A stretch of DNA of 64,000 nt from positions 4,862-68,861 of the forward strand of contig CAJUFH010000007.1 of NCBI GenBank assembly GCA_910585755.1. Direction: 5' to 3'. The notes below the pieces were generated by a model, which saw nothing but the letters and a program-made list of their open reading frames with translations, was not told the origin of the DNA and ran no database searches. The stretch is from an uncultured Muribaculaceae bacterium (lineage in GTDB: Bacteria; Bacteroidota; Bacteroidia; Bacteroidales; Muribaculaceae). The translations under genes were made by a program, and so were the position numbers. Positions 19,772 through 28,538 of the stretch are shown here, one piece after another (the stretch's first letter is position 1; the number at the start of each line of letters is the position of its first letter).

Positions 19772-19942
19772 ATGGCTTACGTAATCACCGACTCCTGCGT
19801 GGCTTGCGGCACCTGCCTGCCCAACTGCCCCGTTGAGGCTATCTCCGAGGGCGACATCTACCACATCGACCCCGACACCTGCATCGACTGCGGCACCTGC
19901 GCCAGCGTCTGCCCCTCCGAGGCTATCATCCCCGGCGAATAA
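19772..19942 (+). CDS. 2x[4Fe-4S] ferredoxin (56 aa)
   Basis: Manual translation MAYVITDSCVACGTCLPNCPVEAISEGDIYHIDPDTCIDCGTCASVCPSEAIIPGE; two CxxCxxCxxxCP motifs; below the ORF-track size cutoff. Confidence 0.95.
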   Translation: MAYVITDSCVACGTCLPNCPVEAISEGDIYHIDPDTCIDCGTCASVCPSEAIIPGE

Positions 19943-19958
19943 TCCCCGGGCGAAAAAA

Positions 19959-20004
19959 CGCGAAAGGCAGCTCCCCATCCCGGGAGCTGCCTTTCGCGCT
20001 TTTC
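19959..20004 (+). terminator. Intrinsic terminator after ferredoxin
   Basis: CGCGAAAGGCAGCTCCC..GGGAGCTGCCTTTCGCG followed by CTTTT. Confidence 0.8.
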
Positions 20005-20281
20005 AGCCCGGGGCCTGTTTAAGGTTTATGGTTTATGAGATACCAAGGCTGAGGGGAAGAGGGGGATGAGGGGAAAAAGGGAGGGGGCGGTTCTGGTCCC
20101 GGTGCGAGCCGCCGCGGCGGCGAGGGTCGCGAATCAGGAAAGCAGCCGAGGAGCCGGATGGGGCCGTTTCAGGGTGTGGGACCGAAAAAGCGGCCCCGCG
20201 ATACAATTTAACCCCGAGGCGGTTCGTTAATTTTTAAATAAGGCGCGGCCAAAACAACCGCTGCGCCGGGCTAAAACAACG

Positions 20282-22273
20282 ATGCGAATCAAACAACTGA
20301 TACATAAGGTGATACTCGCGCTGGCAGCCGTCGCGGCCCTCAGCGCCGCGACCGGATGCCGCTCCGCGAAGCTCTCGACAGCCAACGAGCAGCGCCTCCG
20401 CGGCGAGTATTTCGAAGCCTCGAAGACCTACCGCAAGGTCTACAACAAGCTGACGAAGAAGGAGCAGCGCGCACAGCGCGGCGAAGTCGCCTATCTCATG
20501 GGCCTCTGCTACGACAAGCTCTCGATGAGCGCCCGCGCCTCCTCAGCCTTCGGCAACGCCATCCGCTACGGCTACCCCGACTCCACCGCCATCCTCCTCA
20601 TGGCGCAGTCGCTCCAGGCAGAGGGAAAATACCCCCAGGCGAAGAAAGCCTACCAGGAATATCTCGAAAAGGATCCCAAGTCGGAAGCCGCCCGCAACGG
20701 CCTCGCGGGGTGCGACATCGCCCTGCGCCTCCGTGAGAACCCCTCGCGCTACGTCGTCAAGCCCGCGAAGCTCTTCAACTCACGCCGAGCCGACTACGCC
20801 CCGATGTTCCTCGACCCCTCGACCGAGGAACAGCTCTATTTCACAACAACCAACGAGAAGGTGACCGGCGACAAGCGCTCCGAAATCACCGGAATGAAGA
20901 AGGGCGACATTTGGTTCGCTACCAAGGACGAGAAAGGCAACTGGAAGCGCCCCGAACCGGTCGAGGGGGAGCTGAACACCGAGCTTGACGAGGGCACACC
21001 CTCCTTCTCCCCCGACGGCTCCACGATGTATCTCAGCAAGGCGCGCCGCGAGCCAAACGCCAACACCGGCGTCGAAATCTACACCTCCCAGCGCTCCGAC
21101 GCCAAATGGAGCGCCCCGGTGAAATACGAAATAACCTCCGACACAATCTCCTCCTACGGCCACCCCGCCGTCTCCCCCGACGGCAACTGGCTCTACTTCA
21201 CTTCCGACATGCCCGGCGGCTCCGGCGGCAAGGACATATGGCGCGTCAACCTCAAGGAGCGCGCCGGGTCGCTTGAAAACCTCGGGGAGTTCATCAACAC
21301 CCCCGGCGACGAGGTCTTCCCCTACGTCCGCACCGACTCCGTACTCTATTTCGCCTCCGACGGCCATCCCGGCCTCGGCGGACTCGACATCTTCAAGGCC
21401 ACCCTCACCAAGTCGGGCGGCTGGACGGTCGAAAACATGGGGCGCCCCGTAAACTCCGCGGCCGATGATTTCGGAATCACCTTCGGCAAGGGGGAAAACG
21501 GCTTTTTCAGCTCCAACCGCGACGACGGCCGAGGCTACGACCATATCTTCTCCTTCATCCTCCCCGACCTCGAGATATGGATTTCGGGATGGGTGCTCGA
21601 CAAGGACGAGGAGCCGGTGCCCGACGCCGTGATCCGCATCGTCGGCAACGACGGCTCCAACCAGAAAGCAATCGCCAAGCCCGACGGCTCCTTCCGCTTC
21701 CCCCTCCAGAGGGGCGTGAGCTACGTCATGCTCGCCGGAGCGCGCGGCTATCTCAACGCCAAGCAGGAATTTACCTCCGACACCGCCGAGGAGGATGCCG
21801 AGTACGGCGTGGACTTCATCCTCGCCTCCATCAACAAGCCGGTGGTCGTCGACAACATCTTCTACGACTTCGACAAGGCCACGCTGCGCCCCGAATCGAA
21901 GGACGCGCTCGACGAGATGGTGCGCATCATGGAGGACAACCCCAACATCACGATTGAGATGGCCTCCCACACCGACCGCTGGGGCTCCGAGGAGTACAAC
22001 ATCGACCTCTCCTCCCGCCGCGCCAAGTCGGTAATCGACTATCTGATCGCGGCCGGAATCGCCCCCGACCGCCTGCAGAGCCAGGGGTACGGCAAGAGCC
22101 GCCCGAAGACCGTCACTAAGAAGCTCGCCCGCCTCTATCCGCAGTTCAAGGAGGGGGACACACTCACTCCCGAGTTCATCGAGACCCTCTCCGAGGAGGA
22201 CGCCGAGGCCGCCGACCAGATTAACCGCCGCACGGAGTTCCAGGTGCTCTCGACCGACTACCAGATGTTCTGA
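20282..22273 (+). CDS. porE: T9SS peptidoglycan-binding lipoprotein PorE-like (TPR, PD40 propeller, carboxypeptidase-regulatory-like and OmpA domains)
   Basis: Lipobox ATGC, TPR-like N-terminus, repeated 'PSFSPDG..LYF.SD' blades, OmpA motifs NIFYDFDKA / SHTD / QINRRTEF. Confidence 0.8.
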   Translation: MRIKQLIHKVILALAAVAALSAATGCRSAKLSTANEQRLRGEYFEASKTYRKVYNKLTKKEQRAQRGEVAYLMGLCYDKLSMSARASSAFGNAIRYGYPDSTAILLMAQSLQAEGKYPQAKKAYQEYLEKDPKSEAARNGLAGCDIALRLRENPSRYVVKPAKLFNSRRADYAPMFLDPSTEEQLYFTTTNEKVTGDKRSEITGMKKGDIWFATKDEKGNWKRPEPVEGELNTELDEGTPSFSPDGSTMYLSKARREPNANTGVEIYTSQRSDAKWSAPVKYEITSDTISSYGHPAVSPDGNWLYFTSDMPGGSGGKDIWRVNLKERAGSLENLGEFINTPGDEVFPYVRTDSVLYFASDGHPGLGGLDIFKATLTKSGGWTVENMGRPVNSAADDFGITFGKGENGFFSSNRDDGRGYDHIFSFILPDLEIWISGWVLDKDEEPVPDAVIRIVGNDGSNQKAIAKPDGSFRFPLQRGVSYVMLAGARGYLNAKQEFTSDTAEEDAEYGVDFILASINKPVVVDNIFYDFDKATLRPESKDALDEMVRIMEDNPNITIEMASHTDRWGSEEYNIDLSSRRAKSVIDYLIAAGIAPDRLQSQGYGKSRPKTVTKKLARLYPQFKEGDTLTPEFIETLSEEDAEAADQINRRTEFQVLSTDYQMF

Positions 22274-22286
22274 CCGCGACCCCGAT

Positions 22287-23243
22287 ATGTTGTTCCGAAC
22301 CGAAACCGAACCGCTTAAAGGCTTTGAAGGGGTGCTGGGCCACGGCATCCCCGTCTGGACCATCGGCTCCTGCTTCGCCGACAATATCGGCCGCCGCCTC
22401 CGCGACGACCTCTTCGAGGCGCGGGCCAACCCCTTCGGCCCCCTCTTCAACCCGGCGAGCATCGAGCGCGTGCTCTCCCGCGTCGCGTCCGGCGAGGAGG
22501 TCTCCCCCGCCGACTTCTTCGAGCACGAAGGGGTATGGCGCTCCTTCGAGTTCCATTCCCGGATTTCCGGCGCCACCCCGGAGGAGGCCGCGGAAAACGC
22601 CAACCGGCTGATCCGCGCGATGCGGGAGGAGCTGCCCCGCTTAGGGTGCGTCACCCTGACCCTCGGCTCGGCTTTCGCCTTCACCGAGGAGCGCACCGGG
22701 CGCGTGGTCGCCAACTGCCACAAGCAGCCAGCCCCCCTCTTCCGCCTCGGCGCGATGACCCCCGACGAATCCTACGGCGCCGTCAGCCGCGCCCTCGCGG
22801 CGCTCCGAAGCGTCAACCCCGGGCTGAAAGCGGTCGTGACGGTCAGCCCCGTGCGCCACGCGGCCTACGGGCAGCGCCGCGACAAGCTCTCCAAAGCCTC
22901 CCTCCTGCTCGCCACGAGCCGCCTGGAGGAGAACGGCGAGGCGGTCTACTTCCCCGCCTACGAAGCCATGATGGACGACCTCCGCGACTACCGCTTCTAC
23001 GCCCCCGACATGGCCCATCCGACCGAACAGGCCGCCGACTATATCTATGAACTCTTCGCCCGCAGCTTCTTCTCGAAAGAGACACTCCGCATAGCCGCCG
23101 AGGCGCGGAAGCTCTCCCTCCTGAAGGCCCACCGCCCGGCGGACCCCGTGCGCCACGCACGCGCCGTGGCAGAACTCCGCGCCGCGCTGCTCGCGAAATA
23201 TCCCCAACTGAAAAACGCCATTGACGACAATGGAAACAGTTAA
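22287..23243 (+). CDS. GSCFA domain protein (SGNH-like)
   Basis: IGSCFA, NPFG, ANCHK, TVSPVRH, YFPAYE, DLRDYRFY..HP. Confidence 0.92.
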   Translation: MLFRTETEPLKGFEGVLGHGIPVWTIGSCFADNIGRRLRDDLFEARANPFGPLFNPASIERVLSRVASGEEVSPADFFEHEGVWRSFEFHSRISGATPEEAAENANRLIRAMREELPRLGCVTLTLGSAFAFTEERTGRVVANCHKQPAPLFRLGAMTPDESYGAVSRALAALRSVNPGLKAVVTVSPVRHAAYGQRRDKLSKASLLLATSRLEENGEAVYFPAYEAMMDDLRDYRFYAPDMAHPTEQAADYIYELFARSFFSKETLRIAAEARKLSLLKAHRPADPVRHARAVAELRAALLAKYPQLKNAIDDNGNS

Positions 23244-25626
23244 CTTCGATCCCTCACTTATTGAGGCCGACACAGACCTCCTGACCGACAGCCGCTCCCT
23301 GGCCGACCCGGAGCGCACGCTGTTCTTCGCCTTCGAGACCCCGATGGCCGACGGCCACCGCTACATACCGGCGCTTTACGGCCGCGGCGTGCGCCGCTTC
23401 GCCGTCAGCCGCGTGCCGCAGGGGGAATACCCCGGCGCGACATTCTATCTCTGCGACCCCCGCGAAGCCCTCCAGGCCCTCGGGCAGCGGAAACGCGACA
23501 GCTTCGCCGGGCCCCTCATCGCCGTCACCGGAAGCCGCGGCAAGACCCAGGTTAAGGAGATGCTTAACGCCATGCTCCGCGAAGACCACAACATCGCCCG
23601 CTCCCCCCGCAGCTACAACTCCCAGATCGGGGTGCCCCTCTCCCTGTGGGGACTGACCCCCGGCACGGAACTCGGCATCTTCGAGGCCGGAATCTCGCGC
23701 CCCGGAGAGATGAAGCGCCTCCGCGCCATGCTCCGCCCCGATATAGCGGTGGTTACCAACGTGTTGTCCGACCATTCCGAGGGATTCTCCTCCAAGGCCG
23801 AGAAGCTCGCCGAGAAAATGAGACTTGCCGAAGGAGCCGGGGCCGTGGTGTTCCCCTGGGACGACCCCGACATACGCCGCGCCGCCGAGGCTCTTCCCGG
23901 CCGCCCGCGCCTCTTCGGATGGTCGATGACCGACCCCGCAGCCCCCGTCTACCGCGAGCCCTCCTTCTTCCCCCTGGCCGACCCGAGGGAGAAGGAGAAC
24001 GCCGCATCTGCCCTCGCCGCGATGCTCGCCCTGGGCCTCGACCCCGCCGACGCAGACCGCCGCGCGCGCTCCGCCCGGAGCGTCGGGACGCGCCTCGAGG
24101 TCAGCGAGGGGGTCAACCACTGCCTGGTGGTAAACGACGACTACACCTGCGACTACCACTCCCTGCGCCCCGCGCTCGAATTCATGGCGCGCCGCCGCGC
24201 CGCCGGACAGCGCACTACCGTCGTGCTCTCCGACATCAGCCACGAGACACTCTCCCCCGCCGACACTTACGTCGGAATCGCCCGGATGCTCCGCCACTTC
24301 GGAGTAGACCACCTGATCGGGGCCGGCAGCGAGATTTCAGCCTTCGCCGCGGCCTTCGAGGGGACCGACGCGCGCTTCTTCCCCTCCGCCGAAGTAATGG
24401 AAGAGGCCCTTACCCCCTCCGACTTCAACGATGAGTTCGTGCTCCTCAAAGGGCGCGGCGGACAAGGGTTCCCGACCCTCCTCCACAAGCTCGAAGCCCG
24501 AACCCACGAGACAGTCCTCGAAGTGAACCTCGACGCCCTGGTCGACAACTTCAACTTCTACCGCTCGAAGCTGAAACCGACTACCGGCCTGGTGGCCATG
24601 GTAAAAGCCTCCGGCTACGGGGCCGGGGCCTACGAGGTAGCCCGCACCCTCCAGACCCACGGCGCCGCCTACTTCGCCGTCGCCGTGCTTGACGAGGGGG
24701 TCGACCTGCGCAAGGCCGGAATCACCGTCCCCATAATGGTGCTCAACCCGAAGGTGCTCAACTACCCCCTCCTGTTCGCCAACCGCCTCGAGCCGGAAAT
24801 ATTCAGCTTCGAAATCCTTGACGAGATTATCGCCGAGGCCGCCAAGCTCGGGGTCACCGACTACCCGGTGCACATCAAGCTCGACACCGGGATGCACCGC
24901 CTCGGATTCTTCGAGGAGGAGCTGCCGGAGCTGATCGAGAGGCTGCGGGGCCAGAACCGCGTGCGCGTCGCCTCGGTGTTCTCCCACCTCGCGACCGCCG
25001 ACTGCCTCGACATGGACCCCCATACCGAGGCCCAGCTCCGCCTCTACGACCGCTGCGCGAAGCGGATTGTCGACGCGTTCCCGGAACAGAAGGTGCTCCG
25101 CCACGTCCTTAACACCGCCGGAATCGTGCGTTATCCCGAGTACCAGTACGATATGTGCCGCCTCGGACTCGGCCTCTACGGCATCCCCGTCGTCGGGAAC
25201 GGCCTGGAGGACGGGCTGCGACCCGTATCGGCCCTCAAGACCGTCATCATCTCGCTCCGCGAGTACCCCGCCGGAACCGCCATCGGCTACGGCCGCCGCA
25301 CAATCCTCGACCGCGACACCACCATCGCCACAATCCCCGTCGGATACGCCGACGGCGTCAACCGCCACCTCGGCCGGGGCAACTGCTCCTTCCTGGTCAA
25401 CGGCGTCCCCTGCCCCACCGCCGGGAACATCTGCATGGACCTCTGCATGCTCGACGTCGGCCCCCTCCTGCGGGCCGGCGGAAGCGTCAAGGTCGGCGAC
25501 AAGGTGGAGATTTTCGGCCCGGAGAACCCCGCCGCCTACCTCGCCGAAAAGCTCGACACAATCCCATATGAAATCCTGACCTCGGTAAGCCCGCGCGTGC
25601 GCCGCGTCTATTTCCGCGAATCCTGA
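23230..25626 (+). CDS. alr: Bifunctional MurF-like ligase / alanine racemase
   Basis: N-terminal VTGSRGKT, SYNSQIGVP, EAGIS; C-terminal MVKASGYG (PLP Lys), KLDTGMHRLG, GYADG, GNICMD, TIPYE. Confidence 0.93.
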   Translation: METVNFDPSLIEADTDLLTDSRSLADPERTLFFAFETPMADGHRYIPALYGRGVRRFAVSRVPQGEYPGATFYLCDPREALQALGQRKRDSFAGPLIAVTGSRGKTQVKEMLNAMLREDHNIARSPRSYNSQIGVPLSLWGLTPGTELGIFEAGISRPGEMKRLRAMLRPDIAVVTNVLSDHSEGFSSKAEKLAEKMRLAEGAGAVVFPWDDPDIRRAAEALPGRPRLFGWSMTDPAAPVYREPSFFPLADPREKENAASALAAMLALGLDPADADRRARSARSVGTRLEVSEGVNHCLVVNDDYTCDYHSLRPALEFMARRRAAGQRTTVVLSDISHETLSPADTYVGIARMLRHFGVDHLIGAGSEISAFAAAFEGTDARFFPSAEVMEEALTPSDFNDEFVLLKGRGGQGFPTLLHKLEARTHETVLEVNLDALVDNFNFYRSKLKPTTGLVAMVKASGYGAGAYEVARTLQTHGAAYFAVAVLDEGVDLRKAGITVPIMVLNPKVLNYPLLFANRLEPEIFSFEILDEIIAEAAKLGVTDYPVHIKLDTGMHRLGFFEEELPELIERLRGQNRVRVASVFSHLATADCLDMDPHTEAQLRLYDRCAKRIVDAFPEQKVLRHVLNTAGIVRYPEYQYDMCRLGLGLYGIPVVGNGLEDGLRPVSALKTVIISLREYPAGTAIGYGRRTILDRDTTIATIPVGYADGVNRHLGRGNCSFLVNGVPCPTAGNICMDLCMLDVGPLLRAGGSVKVGDKVEIFGPENPAAYLAEKLDTIPYEILTSVSPRVRRVYFRES

Positions 25627-26849
25627 TGAAAAGAGCTGTCCGACTGATTTTCGCCCTGCTGCTTCTCGCCGCCATTCCCGCCGGCGCGCAGCCCCGCGTC
25701 AGCCTCCTGACCGCCGAGCCGGGAGCCGACATCTACCAGCTCGAGGGGCACACCGCCCTGCGGCTGACCAGGCCCGGCGACTATGACATCGCCGTGAACT
25801 GGGGTGTCTTCGACTTCAACGCCCCTAACTTCGTCTACCGCTTCGTCAAGGGGGAGACCGACTATATGTGCGCCGCCTACCCGGCGCGCCTCTTCTTCGA
25901 GGAGTATGCCCGCGAGGGGCGCGGGGTGACTGAGCAGGTGCTCGACCTAACCCCCGCCCAGGCGGCCCGCGTCGAGCAACTGGTCTGGGAGAACCTGCGC
26001 CCCGAGAACCGCACCTACCGCTACAACTACGTCCTCGACAACTGCGCGACCCGCCCCCTGGCGATTGTCGAGAAAGCCCTCGGCGACACCCTCTCGCTCG
26101 TCCCCCCCGCGGAGTTCGTCTACGGCGAGACCGGACTTTCCGAAGCGGACTACGCCGACGGTAAGCCCGACACCTTCCGCCGCGAGATGACGCGCTACCA
26201 CCGCGACTACCCCTGGTACCAGTTCGGAATCGACCTGGCCCTCGGAGCGGGAATCGACCGCCCGGTTTCGGCCCGCGAGCGCGGGTTCTCCCCGGTCTAC
26301 CTCCGGGAGCTGCTGCGCGACGCGACCCTCCCCGCCGACTCCGCGGGTACGCGGCGCCCCGCCGTCCATTCCGAATGGAGGATTCTCGAAGGGAATCCCG
26401 AAGGGGTATGCGCCGACCCTACCCCGTGGCCCCTCACCCCGCTCGCCGTGGCCGCCTACATCCTCGCCGCCGCGGTCATTGTGTCGGTCCGCGACATACG
26501 CCGCCGCAGCCTCAGCCGCTGGTTCGACGCGCTGCTGTTCGGGGTCTACGGGCTTCTCGGCTGCCTGCTGACCTTCCTTATTTTCGTCAGCAGCCACGAG
26601 GCCACCTCCCCCAACTTCCTCTACCTGTGGCTGAACCCCCTCTGCCTGTTCGCCGCGGTCGGCACGTGGATAAAATGTTGCCAACGTGCGGTTTATTGCT
26701 ACCATTTTTGTAACTTCGCGGCGGTGCTGCTGTTACTGACGGCCCACCATTACTTCGGGCAGGCCCTCAACCCGGCTTTCCCGCTGCTTATGACCGCCGA
26801 CATAATCCGTTCGGCGACAAACATATACGTTACCCGTGCGAAACGCTAA
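25626..26849 (+). CDS. DUF4105 protein (Lnb-like lipoprotein N-acyltransferase)
   Basis: GHTALR, NWGVFDF, YRYNYVLDNCATR and four C-terminal TM helices. Confidence 0.82.
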   Translation: MKRAVRLIFALLLLAAIPAGAQPRVSLLTAEPGADIYQLEGHTALRLTRPGDYDIAVNWGVFDFNAPNFVYRFVKGETDYMCAAYPARLFFEEYAREGRGVTEQVLDLTPAQAARVEQLVWENLRPENRTYRYNYVLDNCATRPLAIVEKALGDTLSLVPPAEFVYGETGLSEADYADGKPDTFRREMTRYHRDYPWYQFGIDLALGAGIDRPVSARERGFSPVYLRELLRDATLPADSAGTRRPAVHSEWRILEGNPEGVCADPTPWPLTPLAVAAYILAAAVIVSVRDIRRRSLSRWFDALLFGVYGLLGCLLTFLIFVSSHEATSPNFLYLWLNPLCLFAAVGTWIKCCQRAVYCYHFCNFAAVLLLLTAHHYFGQALNPAFPLLMTADIIRSATNIYVTRAKR

Positions 26850-28449
26850 GAAGAACAGGATTTCCACATCGGTAGCGGCCATTCTCGTGGCCGCCGCCTC
26901 TGTCGCGCAGATTGCCGCGGCCCAGGCCGCGCTCCCCAAGCGGCCGCAGCTCGTCGTGGGCATCCTGGTCGAAGGGCTAAACGACGACTACCTCCGGCTC
27001 CTCCGGGGGCATTTCGGCGAAGGGGGCTTCCGCCGCCTGATGGAGAACGGGGTGACAATCAGCGCCCTCGACTACGGCGCTCCCCTCGACGGGGCAGCCT
27101 CCGCGGCGGTAGTGTTCACCGGCGCGGAGCCTTACGTCAACGGCGTCCCGGCCGGTATGGTGTTCGACCCGGCGACGCGGCGCGCCCGCTCCGTACTTTT
27201 CGATGCGGAGACCATCGGCAACTATACCGGGGAGACCCTTTCCCCAAAGAACCTCGCTGTCAGCACCCTGGCCGACGAGCTTCGCATCGACACCGGTGGC
27301 CTCGGCTACGCCTACGCCATAGCGGCGCAACCCGAACAGGCGATTATCATGGCGGGTCACGCCGGCAACAGCGCCTTCTGGATTACTGACGACACCGGGA
27401 AATGGGCCACCACGACCCACTACAAGGACCTCCCGACGCCCCCGCAGAACATCAACCACCGCGCGGCGCTCGAATACCGCCTCGACACCCTCTCCTGGAC
27501 CCCGCTGGTCGCGACAGACAAGCTCCCCGACCTACCCTCATACAAGAAGCTCTACCCCTTCCGCCAGATTTTTCCCCGCGGAAGCGCCACCCGCTATAAG
27601 GCCTACAAGGCATCCCCCGTCGCCAACGCCGACATAACGTCGCTCGCCGAGGAGTATATCAAAATCCTGACACTCGGCAAGCGCGAAGCAACCGACATGC
27701 TCTCGCTGGGCTACACCCTCCACCCGTACGCCTACGGACGCGAGGCCGACAGCCGGGCCGAACTGATGGACGGCTACCTGCGTCTCGACCGCGACCTGCA
27801 GCGCCTTTTCGCCGCGATCGACCGCCAGGGCCCCGGAATGGACAAGACCCTGGTATTCGTGGCGGGCACCCCGGCGGCACGGCGCCAGCGGCGCGACGAC
27901 GACCGGTGGAACCTCCCCGGCGGGGAGTTCTCGTCGCGCAAGGCGGTGTCGCTGCTCAACATGTACCTCATGGCCATACACGGCAACGGCGACTGGGTCG
28001 ACGGGTACCACGACGGGCAGCTCTTCCTCAACCGCAAACTGATCAAGGAGCGCTCCAAGGACCTGGAGGCGCTCCGCAAGGAGGCGGCGCGCTTCCTGAC
28101 GCGCATGAGCGGCGTCCGCGAAGCCTGGACTATCGACGAAATCCTCGACAACACCGCCGGGGGTAACGCCGAGGCCATGCGCCGCAACATAGCCCTCCCG
28201 GTGGCAGGCGACGTGTTCGTGACGGTCGCCCCCGGATGGCAGGAACTTGACGACGACAACGACACGGAACTCCCCGTGACGACGGTGCGCTCGGTGCTCC
28301 CCACCGCGCCCGCCTTCATCCTCGTTCCGGGAGGGACGCCGCGGACAATCGACACCCCCGTCGACGCCCGCGCCATAGCCCCCTCCGTGGCGGGCATACT
28401 GCGCATCCGCGCCCCCAACGCCTCCGCCACTCCCCGGATCAGGCTCTGA
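26836..28449 (+). CDS. Alkaline phosphatase superfamily protein (PafA-like), degenerate active site
   Basis: PQLVVGILVE, GGFRRLM, SPKNLAVSTLADEL, IIMAGHA, YLRLDRDL. Confidence 0.8.
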   Translation: MRNAKKNRISTSVAAILVAAASVAQIAAAQAALPKRPQLVVGILVEGLNDDYLRLLRGHFGEGGFRRLMENGVTISALDYGAPLDGAASAAVVFTGAEPYVNGVPAGMVFDPATRRARSVLFDAETIGNYTGETLSPKNLAVSTLADELRIDTGGLGYAYAIAAQPEQAIIMAGHAGNSAFWITDDTGKWATTTHYKDLPTPPQNINHRAALEYRLDTLSWTPLVATDKLPDLPSYKKLYPFRQIFPRGSATRYKAYKASPVANADITSLAEEYIKILTLGKREATDMLSLGYTLHPYAYGREADSRAELMDGYLRLDRDLQRLFAAIDRQGPGMDKTLVFVAGTPAARRQRRDDDRWNLPGGEFSSRKAVSLLNMYLMAIHGNGDWVDGYHDGQLFLNRKLIKERSKDLEALRKEAARFLTRMSGVREAWTIDEILDNTAGGNAEAMRRNIALPVAGDVFVTVAPGWQELDDDNDTELPVTTVRSVLPTAPAFILVPGGTPRTIDTPVDARAIAPSVAGILRIRAPNASATPRIRL

Positions 28450-28538
28450 GCGGCTGCGAACAATGAAGCCGCGGCCTTTGTTTTAACGGGCGCGGCCCGC
28501 CGCGTCGCCAATCAAGTAATCTCAACCATCATCAAAAT

